Of a DNA stretch of 64,000 nt, positions 1 through 9,453 are shown piece after piece. A program made the position numbers and the translations under genes. The first letter of the stretch is position 1. Every line of letters begins with the position of its first letter. Location: assembly GCA_963837955.1 (NCBI GenBank), contig CAWIPH010000002.1:1824001-1888000 (forward strand). Direction: 5' to 3'. Source of the DNA: an uncultured Verrucomicrobiae bacterium (GTDB taxonomy: Bacteria; Verrucomicrobiota; Verrucomicrobiia; Chthoniobacterales; JAFAMB01). Under the pieces are notes generated by a model. The model had not been told where the DNA came from. It ran no database searches and saw only the letters and a program-made list of their open reading frames with translations.

Positions 1-1035
1 CGGCGTTCCTACCAAACTCACCTTGATCGAACGTTGCCGATCCGAGGCTAACTCAAATGCTTCTTGGGCTCGCGCCAATGGCAACCGCTCCGTGATCAGC
101 GAGTCCACCTCGATCCGACCACGCTCCAAGAGCTCAACGGCTTGAGCGAACTCGTCGTGAAACCGGAATGTACCCACCAGCTCGAGCTCGCGCGAAATCA
201 ATTTACCAAGCGGGAAGATGGCACTAGCCAGCATGCCGACCTGAACAATCCGGCTTCCAGGTTTGACCGCTTCCACACAGTCAAGCAGAGCTGGGGGAGC
301 GCCTGAAGCCTCGAGCGCGACGTCGAATCCGCCGATCTCATTACCGACCTCTCCCAAGGCGCCTGGTGTGTCGGCGACGTTCATTGCGCGATCGGCTCCG
401 ATGCGCAACGCGACTTCTAGGGGAGCTTGAACCCGGTCTGTAATAGCAATTTCTCGTGCTCCGGCGTAACGGGCTACCAGGGCGAGAAGCAAGCCAATTG
501 GACCAGCGCCAGTAATCAACACCCGTTTTCCGGTCAACTTGCCAGCTTGGTTCGCAGCATGGAGGGCTACCGACAGCGGTTCAGCACAGGCGATTTCGGG
601 AAATGAAATGTCGGTAGTTAGCTGAATGCATTGAGTTTCGGCCGCGCAAAAAAACTCGGCGAAACCGCCTTGGATGTGAGGAAAGCCACGGGCGCTGCCA
701 AAGAACCGAACCTCGGAGCAGAGGTTCGGGCGGCCTGTCCGGCAGTGGTGACAAACCCCACAATAGCGGGCGGGATTGACTGCGACCCGATCACTAACAC
801 TTAAAGCGGTAACCCCGGGTCCGACCGCCGCCACTTCGCCGGCGATCTCGTGACCGAGGATCATCGGCTCGCGCAGACGAAAATCGCCGACAGCACCGTC
901 ATGATAGTAATGCAAATCCGATCCGCAAATTCCACCGGCCCCGAGGCGAATGAGCACTTCGCCGGTCTTTGGTTGAGGTATCTTCTTTTCTTCAACCTGA
1001 AGGTTGTGAGCACCATGGATGACGCAAGAGAGCAT
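1..1035 (-). CDS. idnD: Zn-dependent alcohol dehydrogenase, L-idonate 5-dehydrogenase-like (stop codon lies outside the window)
   Basis: Not in the ORF track; manual translation from ATG 1035 gives MLSCVIHGAHNLQVEE...GICGSDLHYY...EPMILGHEIAGEV, and the window start reads ...ASDRQRSIKVSL; MDR catalytic-Zn motifs GICGSD and GHE. Confidence 0.8.
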   Translation of the reverse strand, partial: MLSCVIHGAHNLQVEEKKIPQPKTGEVLIRLGAGGICGSDLHYYHDGAVGDFRLREPMILGHEIAGEVAAVGPGVTALSVSDRVAVNPARYCGVCHHCRTGRPNLCSEVRFFGSARGFPHIQGGFAEFFCAAETQCIQLTTDISFPEIACAEPLSVALHAANQAGKLTGKRVLITGAGPIGLLLALVARYAGAREIAITDRVQAPLEVALRIGADRAMNVADTPGALGEVGNEIGGFDVALEASGAPPALLDCVEAVKPGSRIVQVGMLASAIFPLGKLISRELELVGTFRFHDEFAQAVELLERGRIEVDSLITERLPLARAQEAFELASDRQRSIKVSLVGTP

Positions 1036-1172
1036 TGGGGAGTAAACGCCGGGGTTAGTGGGAAAGGCAAATGGCAAGTGCAGTTGATGAGACGGTGAGA
1101 GGCGACCGGTGAGAAGTGATTGGTGAGAGTGAGAGGAGTGCAGTCAGAACATCGGTAAATCGTCGCGGGCAA

Positions 1173-1335
1173 AGCGCCGAAGGCGTGTGTCATGATAGCC
1201 TAGAGGGCGAAGCCCTAGGAACAGGAATATCCAGCGATCAAGCGCTGAAGGCGCGTGAGAGAACGGTACCGTATTGGGTTCAATGAACGGTGTGTATCGG
1301 AGCCGGGACAAAATTTGAAACGCACCTTCAGTGCG
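1173..1335. repeat. REP-like palindromic element (GCGCTGAAGGCGCG / CCTAG..CTAGG type)
   Basis: agcgccgaaggcg at 1173, hairpin gcctagagggcgaagccctagg 1198-1219, agcgctgaaggcgcg at 1241 and its inverted partner cgcaccttcagtgcg at 1321; related pieces at 30314-30369 and 33899-33928. Confidence 0.55.
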
Positions 1336-1519
1336 TGATCGTCACCTCTTCGCCCACTAAATCTTGAAATAACCAGTGTTGTTCTTTACAGTCCGATCGA
1401 CCGCGATCCTTTTGTAAAGTTTAATTTCTTCACCCCCAACATATTACAAAATAGGGCGCCGCTTTATTACGCTTTTTGTAGGTTTTTTTGACTACTGACT
1501 GCGAATTCGGAGTTAAGCA

Positions 1520-3699
1520 ATGTGGCAGCTTTCGATTCGTTCAAAGATCATTATCACGCTGCTACTGACCGGTCTGGCATGCCTTGCGGTTGGCGCGATC
1601 ATCGGCTACCGCGCGGGAGAAAGAGCGCTGACGCGGTCCGTGGAGCAGCGGCTAACGGCGCAGCGTGAGATCAAGCGCCGGCGGGTCGAGAGCTACGTTA
1701 ACAACCAGCTCCGGTTCACCGCTACGATCGCTGGCTTGCCCGAAACCTCCGAAGCCACCAAAGCCCTGATCGGTGCCTTCCGGGAAATGCGTGCGCAGAT
1801 CCTGGGGGACCGGGTGGCCACCCAGGCCGACACCGTCGCCCTCGAGGCTTGGTACAAAAAGGCGTTGCTACCCCGGCTCGACAAGGTTGCGGGCAGCCAT
1901 ACGCCGCTGGAAGGTCTCATACCCACCGATCCCGTCGCCCGGCACCTGCAAGCCGAGTACATCGCCCGCAACCCAAACCCGGTGGGTGAAAAAGACAAAC
2001 TGCTCGCCGCACCTGGTGGCTCGCGCTACGATGACGCGCACGCGCGCTACCACCCTGCGCTAAAGCGCGCCGCGGACACGGTTGGTTTCTACGATATCAA
2101 TCTGATGGACGCGGCCACCGGCGATGTCGTCTATACGGTGGCGAAGGAGACCGACTTCGCCAGCAACATGTATACCGGCGCCTTCACGGAGTCCGGCTTC
2201 GCCCGCGTGGCGAAACGCGCGCTCGATCCGCGCAACGGCGGCAAACCGGTGATTGAGGACTATACGACCTACACGCCGTCGGCCCTGGCGCCGCAGATGT
2301 TTACGGCCGTGCCCATCATCGCGGACGGCCAGACGATTGGCGTGTTCGTTGCGCAGATTGACATCCGCACACTCAACAACCTGCTGACCGACAATAACGG
2401 CTGGCGCTCGACTGGGCAGGGCGAGACCGGGGAAGTGCTGCTGACGGGCGAGGATCGCCTGCTGCGCAGCCAGTCGCGCTTCATGATCCAAAGCCCGGAC
2501 GCGTTCCTTGCGCAGGCTCAGGCCAACGGTCTGCCCGCGTCGACCGCCGGCCAAATCCGCACGCTTGGCACCACCATCCTTTACATGCCCAACCCGTCCG
2601 AGTCGGTGGAGCAGTCTTTCCACAACCGGACGGGACTGGCTCGTATCCTGGACTATCGGGGCGTGGAAGTGATCTCGGCTTACGGCCCCGTGGAAGTGTC
2701 CGGCGTGCGCTGGGCGATCGCCGCCAAACAGGACGTGGCGGAGGCACTCGCCCCCTCGATCCGGCTCAAGCGTGACCTACTTGTGGCCGCCGCTATATCA
2801 GCGATCGCGTTGACTTTCCTGGCACTAGCCTGTGCCGGACTGTTCATGCGCCCGCTGCGGCGCGTTCTCGCTGGTATGAAGGCCGCCAGCGGCGGTGCGG
2901 CAGCTTCGCGCATCAAGATTCGCGGCAACGACGAGTTCGCCGAGTTGACCCGCGGCTACAATGGGATGGCCGACGCGATCCAGCAGCGCGACACACGGTT
3001 GGCCGAGGCGGAGCAGGAGAGGGGTGAACTGCTGCGCAGCATATATCCCGCTGGGGTGGCCGAACGCGTGCGCAGCGGTGCGGAGGTCACGGCCGAGACT
3101 ATCTCCAATGTCACCGTGGCCGTTGCTTTGATCGACGGACTGGACATCCTGGCGGCGAACGGCAGCGCCGCAGAAGGCCGCCGCATTCTCAATGCGTCTA
3201 TTGGATGCGCTAAACAGCGCGGCGGTCAGCCATGGGGTAGAGCCGCTGCGCTCACTGGGCGAGAGCTACGTCGGGGTCTGTGGCCTGTCCTCGCCAAGAC
3301 TCGACCATGCCTCCCGCACATTGGCCTGGGCTCGTACCGCAACGTTGGCGTTGCAGCGGCTGGGCGATGACTGGGTGAAGTCCGTCTCCCTGCGTTTCGG
3401 TCTCGCCTCCGGTGAGATCGACGTGCTCGTAATCGGGCGTTGCCACACCGCTTACGATATCTGGGGTCGGACGCTCGGCATCGCACGCCGCATAGTGCAG
3501 GAAGCCGAGCCTGGCTACGTTCGCCTGAGCGACACCACCTACGCCTTACTGACTGAATGTGGACGGTTTCAAGCCCTGCCCGCCAATCGAGACGCCGGCC
3601 TTGGGAAACATCAAGACCTGGAGCCGTCCTGCGATCGAGCGCGCCGCTGTCGAGGCCGCCCGATTAGAGACCCAACCGATGTCCTCTGGGGCGGAGTAG
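1520..3699 (+). pseudogene. Membrane Cache-HAMP-class III adenylate/guanylate cyclase-like protein, split by two +1 frameshifts (~3197, ~3556)
   Basis: N-terminal TM, long extracytoplasmic sensor (GFYDINL, GETGEV..G.D..LRS), TM, HAMP (NDEFAELTRGYNGM), cyclase motifs spread over two ORFs (VTVAVALIDG, GESYVGVCG, YDIWGRT); removing 2 nt restores one ~725-aa frame ending TAG 3697-3699. Confidence 0.8.
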
Positions 3700-3705
3700 A
3701 GGTCC

Positions 3706-5103
3706 ATGCTCAATCTTACCCACTTATCTGTCTGGCCCTTCATCCTAATCCTGGGCTACCCAGTGCTGGCGATCGCCGTTTTGGAGTTCGCCCGCCGTAT
3801 CACCCTCCGCGCCCCGGTCGCCTCTGGCATCCTGCGCCAAGTGGCCTATGTGCTGCTGCCCACGGGTGCGATCTGGCTGATCTTGCGCGTCCTGGCCCAA
3901 CTGCCGGCTGATCACTGGGCCGTGCGGACATCCGAGACGGCGTTCGCGCTTACCGGCCTCTACTTACTCCTCCGCATCGCCCAGGTCACACTGGTGAGCC
4001 TGGTGGACGAACAGATGCGTGCGCCGAAACTGCTCCTCGACATTCTCCGCATCGGCGTGTCGCTGGTCTGGGGCTCGGTCCTGGTGTCGAGCATCTGGAA
4101 AGTCAATCTCGGCAGCCTGTTAGCGGCGATGGGCGTCGGCTCCATCGCGCTCGCCTTCGCGCTCCAGGAGTTCCTGGGTAATCTGCTATCCGGCCTGGGG
4201 CTTCTCTCCGCGCATAAGTTTAAGATTGGCGACTGGATCATGGTCGAGGGCAAGGCTGCGGAGGTTGTCGAGATGGACTGGCGCACCGTCACTCTGGTAA
4301 CGGTTGACGGCGACCGGGTGGTGGTGGCTAATAGCACGCTGGCCAAGGGCAACCTGACGATTGCTGCGCGCGCTAACGAGAAAGCGTCCACCACGGTGCC
4401 GCTGGCGTTTGGAGTGGAGATTCCGCCCGAGCAGGTCCGCGACGCGGTGCTGGAGGCTGGGCGCACGGTGCCCAACCTGGTCGAACCCGGCGGAGTCAAT
4501 TGCTTCGTCACCGCCATTGGTGACGGCAGTATAAAGTACAACGTAGTCCTCTCGGTCGCGAATCCAGGGATCCTGGCCGGCCCTCGCGACGAGTTCCTCA
4601 GCCGGTTCTGGTATGTCGCGCAGCGGAGAGGTCTGTGCCTGGACCGGTTGCCGGCGCCCGACGCTGCCGCCCGCTTGCGTATGTTGGAAGAGAAAGGCGT
4701 TTTTCGTCGCGACGCGGACACGCTGGCGCAACTCGCGCGCGCCAGCGTTTTTCGCCGCTACCGCCGCGGCGACTTAATGCTGATCGCCGGCGCGCCTGCA
4801 ACTGACGCCTTTCTGGTGATTGCTGGTCAGCTGGCGGTCGTGCTTCCGACCGGCGAAGGCGAGATCCGGCTTGAAGTGGTGCCGCCCGGGCAGCTCATGG
4901 TGATGCAGGAGATGCTGGCCGGCGGCTTAAGCCCCGTTCGAATAGTGGCGGATCACGATGCCGATGTTCTCGCGATTCCAGCCCAGGCCCTGGTCGACGT
5001 AATGGACCGCAACCGGGTGGCGGCCCGCGATATCACCGCCGTAGCCGAAGCGCGGCGCCAGGCTATCTTGCCGCTCAACCGCGGACTGCGCATCGTCGCC
5101 TGA
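3706..5103 (+). CDS. MscS-family mechanosensitive channel with C-terminal cyclic-nucleotide-binding-like domain
   Basis: TM helices, MscS signature LAFALQEFLGNLLSGL...FKIGDWI...VVEMDWRTVTL, then a cNMP-fold region (YRRGDLMLIAG...FLVIAGQL). Confidence 0.85.
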   Translation: MLNLTHLSVWPFILILGYPVLAIAVLEFARRITLRAPVASGILRQVAYVLLPTGAIWLILRVLAQLPADHWAVRTSETAFALTGLYLLLRIAQVTLVSLVDEQMRAPKLLLDILRIGVSLVWGSVLVSSIWKVNLGSLLAAMGVGSIALAFALQEFLGNLLSGLGLLSAHKFKIGDWIMVEGKAAEVVEMDWRTVTLVTVDGDRVVVANSTLAKGNLTIAARANEKASTTVPLAFGVEIPPEQVRDAVLEAGRTVPNLVEPGGVNCFVTAIGDGSIKYNVVLSVANPGILAGPRDEFLSRFWYVAQRRGLCLDRLPAPDAAARLRMLEEKGVFRRDADTLAQLARASVFRRYRRGDLMLIAGAPATDAFLVIAGQLAVVLPTGEGEIRLEVVPPGQLMVMQEMLAGGLSPVRIVADHDADVLAIPAQALVDVMDRNRVAARDITAVAEARRQAILPLNRGLRIVA

Positions 5104-5193
5104 TGATGAGACAAAGTCCCGCCCGACCTAAGAAAAACCGCCGATCGGGTCGATCGAGAATTCCTTCTTCGATTCGCGCTTCTCGGCGTTGCC

Positions 5194-8100
5194 TCAAACG
5201 ATCGGGATCGAATCGAGATAAATGAGCCGTTCGCCCAGTGGCGGAGGGAAAGGAAATGCCCGCGAAGACTTCATGCTCGGGAAGCCTGGGACTTCCAATC
5301 GGGCCTGGATTTCTTGAACGGTAACTTTTTCGCGCTGCGCTAGCAGAATCAGATCGAAGTCTTTAGGGATTAATTCGTACTCGGCAATTAAAAGCCGATA
5401 CTCGTTCGGTTGTGGATCGTTCGAGAAAGTGACCGTTCCGTACCAGAGAGCTGCGTCCGGCCCACTTGGCGCTGGACTTTGCGGCGTGATAGTGACATCG
5501 GCCGTGGCAGCGTCTTGCCAACCCAGTTCTTCACTCGGCGACGTCACGACCCTCTTCTGCACGCGAATGTCGATTCGATTGCGATTTGGTGCTTCCGGAG
5601 CCAAACCAGCAACGACAACTCGCAATGTGCGCACATCAAATGGCTCCCGAGTCACGACAACCGAGCGATCGGGCGTCAATTGGGCAAAGTCCGCTAAGAC
5701 GACGCGGGAAAGCTCCGCTCCAGGAATCGAGTGCGGCTGATAACGGGCCAGAGCCAAACGAATGAACGGCGCGTAGGTCTCCGATTCATCCAAGATGATG
5801 TCGCAATACCAAGCGTTCTTCGGTTTATCGAATTGAACTGGGTGGCCCGCGACATCAAAAAGAGCGCCGGCCGCTCCGTCGAGTTGCAGTCCTGTTCCAG
5901 TGGCGATCGCGTTCGCAAAGTCGCCGATTGTTGGAACCGAGGCAATCGGACGGGCTTGCCAGATTGGATCGAGCCCCCATTGAGTGAAGAACGGCTTGTA
6001 GGCCTCGCGATCGTCATCGGTTGGAGCGGGCGTGAACTCGGGCCATGTCACCACGCCGAGCAGTTCATCGACGCCCGACGAGTACCACGGACGCCCTAGA
6101 TAAACGCGGAGGCCGCGACCGGTCCGCACGCTGGTCTGGATGTTCGTCGAAAGTTCGCGTGTCCATCCGAAAGTCGGAACGACGTATAGCGCACTCGGCG
6201 CGAGCGGCCGCGAAGAACTGGGAACGTCAACGGTGATCGCGTAGCTGGTGCGAGTGAACTGATCGTCGGGGCCAGCAGGGAAATAGTCGCGGAAGCGCGA
6301 TGTCGCGATCGCTTTATATTCTACGATGTGGTGCTTGGTGTCGCCGAAATCGTGTTGTGGCGCGGCTAAGCCCGGTGCTATCGGATTCGACTCGGTGCCG
6401 GTTTGTTCGCCATCGTTAGCAAACCAAATTGCGTCGTCCTCAGGTAGGTAGTACCCGACGTGACGTTGTTCAATACCGGGCGCGATAAGAACCCCTTCCC
6501 TGGTTGTTGGGAGTGGAACTTCGTCGACGTGCGTTGAGTTATGGATGGTCGACGGATCGCCAGATCCGCTATCCACGGGATCGGTCCACTGCCCAGTAAT
6601 ATCGATCTTCACAGTGCTAGCGCCGTGAATTGTCAAACCGCCGATCAAACTGGCCCTCTTTGACGCCGGTGCACGCCACGCTGTCACCAATTGAAACGGT
6701 GAGTTTGGTTCCGACAGAAGTACCGCGGGACTCGTCCGCCGTACAGGGATCTCATCGAAATAAGGAATGCCGATCGGTTGCTGGACTGCATGAACGAGGG
6801 TCAGGGTGTGCGAGGGTGTTAATGCCCAGTGTCCGCCCTCCAAAGCGTAGCGCGTAACGAGTTCGAAGAATTCCGCGACGCTATTGAGTTCCTGTGCGAG
6901 GAACGGATCGTTCGCGCCGTTGCTCAGATAATCAGCGTTCAGCGCATCGACATACTGTTTGATCCACTCCCAGACACCCATCTCCCGAAGGTCGTTCGCT
7001 CCCAAATAACTGCTCAGCGGAATCGCTAGCGTTGTCGCTTTCGGGACACTGACTTTCAACTCGTGCCCCGTTGCGTCCCAGGCTGGTGCCCCGGCGCCCT
7101 CTACCAACTTAAATCTGAAAGACTGCAGGTCTGGCCATTTGCCGCCGAATGGAATCAAGGTTACGGACCCGGGGCGTTCGGGCGCATCCGGCGGTATGGC
7201 ATAACTCAGCTTAGACGCCTTAATCGTCCCGTTCGTGTCAGGAGGAGTGTCCGGAAGATCTCGAAGAGCTGCGCCATGCGAGAAGGGATCTGGGAGATAA
7301 GGTAGGGCGATGATCGGATCGGGCACGACTGGGACTTTAGTGTGTTGCGCGTCGCCGGCATCTTGGGTTGGGAGTATTCCGGCATCCTTGGTCACAATGA
7401 GATCATAGGTGGCTTGGTTGCCTTTGAGCTTGCCCGACGCGTTATCGAACATCCCGTGATGTTCGGCCATCTTCACATCGATGCGGGGTGGAACGATGTG
7501 CCGCTCGGCGGTTTCAGCGGTCGGTTTCGTGTCGAGCGAAGGATCGGTGTTGTGCGTACGAATGACGATCCGATCGAGCGACGAGCCATTCTTGTTGTCG
7601 AGTTCCCGGTAGGCGACATCGGGCGCGGGCACCGGCTCGTAGCGCAAGTACGGCGTTCCCTCCGGACTGCTCGGAATCGCGCTATCTCCAGGCTGGTCAT
7701 CCCGAAGTGAGATGCTATTGCCAGCCACATCGACCGTGCGCGCGCGAACCCGATAACTCCGACCGAAGCGCAGTTCAGGCAACGAACCTTTCACGACTCC
7801 AAACTGCTTCTTCATCTGAAATGGTGTTGCCGGCTCGTCGACTGTCGGATCGTCATCGAGTGCTTTGTGCGGATCGGGGCTGCGATTAAGCGATTTTCCC
7901 GGTCTGGGAACGCTCAGGCTCCAACCAGTCCAACGGGCGACGCGTTCGTGGAGATACAGGTCGGTGCTGCTGGGCGGGAGAGTCGGGTCGATCGGTGGAT
8001 CGGGCGGTCGCGTTGGATCGTCGGCTGGTTGCGCGACCGTGAGTTGGTTGAAGCCTTCTTCGTCGACCGTCTTAAACGAGACGCTGTTGCTTTCGCCGAA

Positions 8101-9438
8101 AGTGTAATGACCGTTGCGGCGGTGCAATGAGTGCCATTTCCGGTCATGCGACGACCACAAATCGATCCGATAACCGCGAATAAGATCACGCGCGATCAGT
8201 GGCTGCGGCAAGTTCTTGCCAGACTCAACGGCATCATTGAATTGCTTAGCCTGACCGATGCTATTGACTAATTGAATGCCGCGACCCGATGCGACCAATG
8301 ACATCCCCCCCGAGCGGAGCGCCGTGAGTCCGCTAGCGACGCGCTCCTGAGTGGCGCCCGAACTGGCGAAGTTTTCGGCTAGAGCGATTGTCTTGAACAT
8401 GGCGCCGTCGATGTCGGGCTGGACCAGGTAAAAGAGGCCGGGCCAGAGCTGGAGCAGGCCGTTGGTAATATCCTCCTGGAAACCTGGCTGGGCGGCGGGA
8501 GCAGCGGAGAACTGGTCCGTCGAGCGCAGGTAAGCGGTGAGCGGGAAGTTCCACTGCGGGGCAATCGCCAGACTCGTTCCCGGTGTAAACGCCGTAACCG
8601 CGATCGTCAGGAACCCGGTCGGATCCGGCGACGTCGCGACGAAATCCAATGGCAGGTCGATGTCGATAACCAACCCGAAAGCCCGCAGGAGCTGTGGGTA
8701 TGATTGCAGCGACGCAATCGCCTGGTGAAAATCGAGAACCTGTGAAAAATCTTGGGGTGTCTGAGGCAACGGCGGGCGGCCGGGCGCCGGCGGCATCGTA
8801 GTATAGAGATCAAAGCGACGCGCGACCGCATTGGTTTGGCTGGAATTCACCAATTGAACGGACGTCGGTACGTCACCATCATTTTGGGGCCCAGGTTGGG
8901 CATAGCTGAGCAGCTCTCTGTTGGCCAGATCCTGTTGCTCATGCCAAGCCTGGAGCCGCTCATAGGCACGCAGGTAAGCAGGGTCACCGCCTTGCCCGCT
9001 CACTCGAAATCCGGTCACATACTCCCGGAGGCCTCGCTCGCCGAACGTTAGCACCGGATTATGAAAGCTGGCGTACTGGTAGAGATTCTTAATTGATGTG
9101 AGTGCTTCAGCCACCGGATAAGAAAGGACCAGCCGATTGCTGTAGTCTGTGCGCTGAAACGCTGCGACGAAGGTGTCCTGGTTGAAGACCGCTGTCCAAA
9201 GTGCTTCGTCGAGCGGCGTGGTATCGACAGTGACCGTTGTTTGCTTGCCGGCGCACTGTAACGTGACCTTCAGCCCGGCGGCCTTCAGCGTGTGCGGCCA
9301 GTTCAAGAAATCGGGGAAACTTGTCAGCTTGGCGGCACCCGATAAACGTGGTGTGACATAGAGGGAAAGGCGAAGCGCCTGGTTATTGGAAGTAAAACCG
9401 TTGGGTAGGGTAACGATCGAAATAGTTTCGCTGGGCAT
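5194..9438 (-). CDS. Large hypothetical protein (1414 aa), Pro-rich and beta-rich, with Ig/FnIII-like strands
   Basis: Long open frame; GGAG RBS in the 15-nt gap after the upstream gene; FnIII-like strand LRFGRSYRVRARTVDVAGNS; no signal peptide or TM. Confidence 0.9.
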   Translation of the reverse strand: MPSETISIVTLPNGFTSNNQALRLSLYVTPRLSGAAKLTSFPDFLNWPHTLKAAGLKVTLQCAGKQTTVTVDTTPLDEALWTAVFNQDTFVAAFQRTDYSNRLVLSYPVAEALTSIKNLYQYASFHNPVLTFGERGLREYVTGFRVSGQGGDPAYLRAYERLQAWHEQQDLANRELLSYAQPGPQNDGDVPTSVQLVNSSQTNAVARRFDLYTTMPPAPGRPPLPQTPQDFSQVLDFHQAIASLQSYPQLLRAFGLVIDIDLPLDFVATSPDPTGFLTIAVTAFTPGTSLAIAPQWNFPLTAYLRSTDQFSAAPAAQPGFQEDITNGLLQLWPGLFYLVQPDIDGAMFKTIALAENFASSGATQERVASGLTALRSGGMSLVASGRGIQLVNSIGQAKQFNDAVESGKNLPQPLIARDLIRGYRIDLWSSHDRKWHSLHRRNGHYTFGESNSVSFKTVDEEGFNQLTVAQPADDPTRPPDPPIDPTLPPSSTDLYLHERVARWTGWSLSVPRPGKSLNRSPDPHKALDDDPTVDEPATPFQMKKQFGVVKGSLPELRFGRSYRVRARTVDVAGNSISLRDDQPGDSAIPSSPEGTPYLRYEPVPAPDVAYRELDNKNGSSLDRIVIRTHNTDPSLDTKPTAETAERHIVPPRIDVKMAEHHGMFDNASGKLKGNQATYDLIVTKDAGILPTQDAGDAQHTKVPVVPDPIIALPYLPDPFSHGAALRDLPDTPPDTNGTIKASKLSYAIPPDAPERPGSVTLIPFGGKWPDLQSFRFKLVEGAGAPAWDATGHELKVSVPKATTLAIPLSSYLGANDLREMGVWEWIKQYVDALNADYLSNGANDPFLAQELNSVAEFFELVTRYALEGGHWALTPSHTLTLVHAVQQPIGIPYFDEIPVRRTSPAVLLSEPNSPFQLVTAWRAPASKRASLIGGLTIHGASTVKIDITGQWTDPVDSGSGDPSTIHNSTHVDEVPLPTTREGVLIAPGIEQRHVGYYLPEDDAIWFANDGEQTGTESNPIAPGLAAPQHDFGDTKHHIVEYKAIATSRFRDYFPAGPDDQFTRTSYAITVDVPSSSRPLAPSALYVVPTFGWTRELSTNIQTSVRTGRGLRVYLGRPWYSSGVDELLGVVTWPEFTPAPTDDDREAYKPFFTQWGLDPIWQARPIASVPTIGDFANAIATGTGLQLDGAAGALFDVAGHPVQFDKPKNAWYCDIILDESETYAPFIRLALARYQPHSIPGAELSRVVLADFAQLTPDRSVVVTREPFDVRTLRVVVAGLAPEAPNRNRIDIRVQKRVVTSPSEELGWQDAATADVTITPQSPAPSGPDAALWYGTVTFSNDPQPNEYRLLIAEYELIPKDFDLILLAQREKVTVQEIQARLEVPGFPSMKSSRAFPFPPPLGERLIYLDSIPIV

Positions 9439-9453
9439 GTTGGTGCTCCCTTC

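Noticed and set aside
64..1193. Short ORFs listed in the first kilobase
   Set aside because: Explained by the minus-strand dehydrogenase (1-1035) that the track missed because its stop is outside the window
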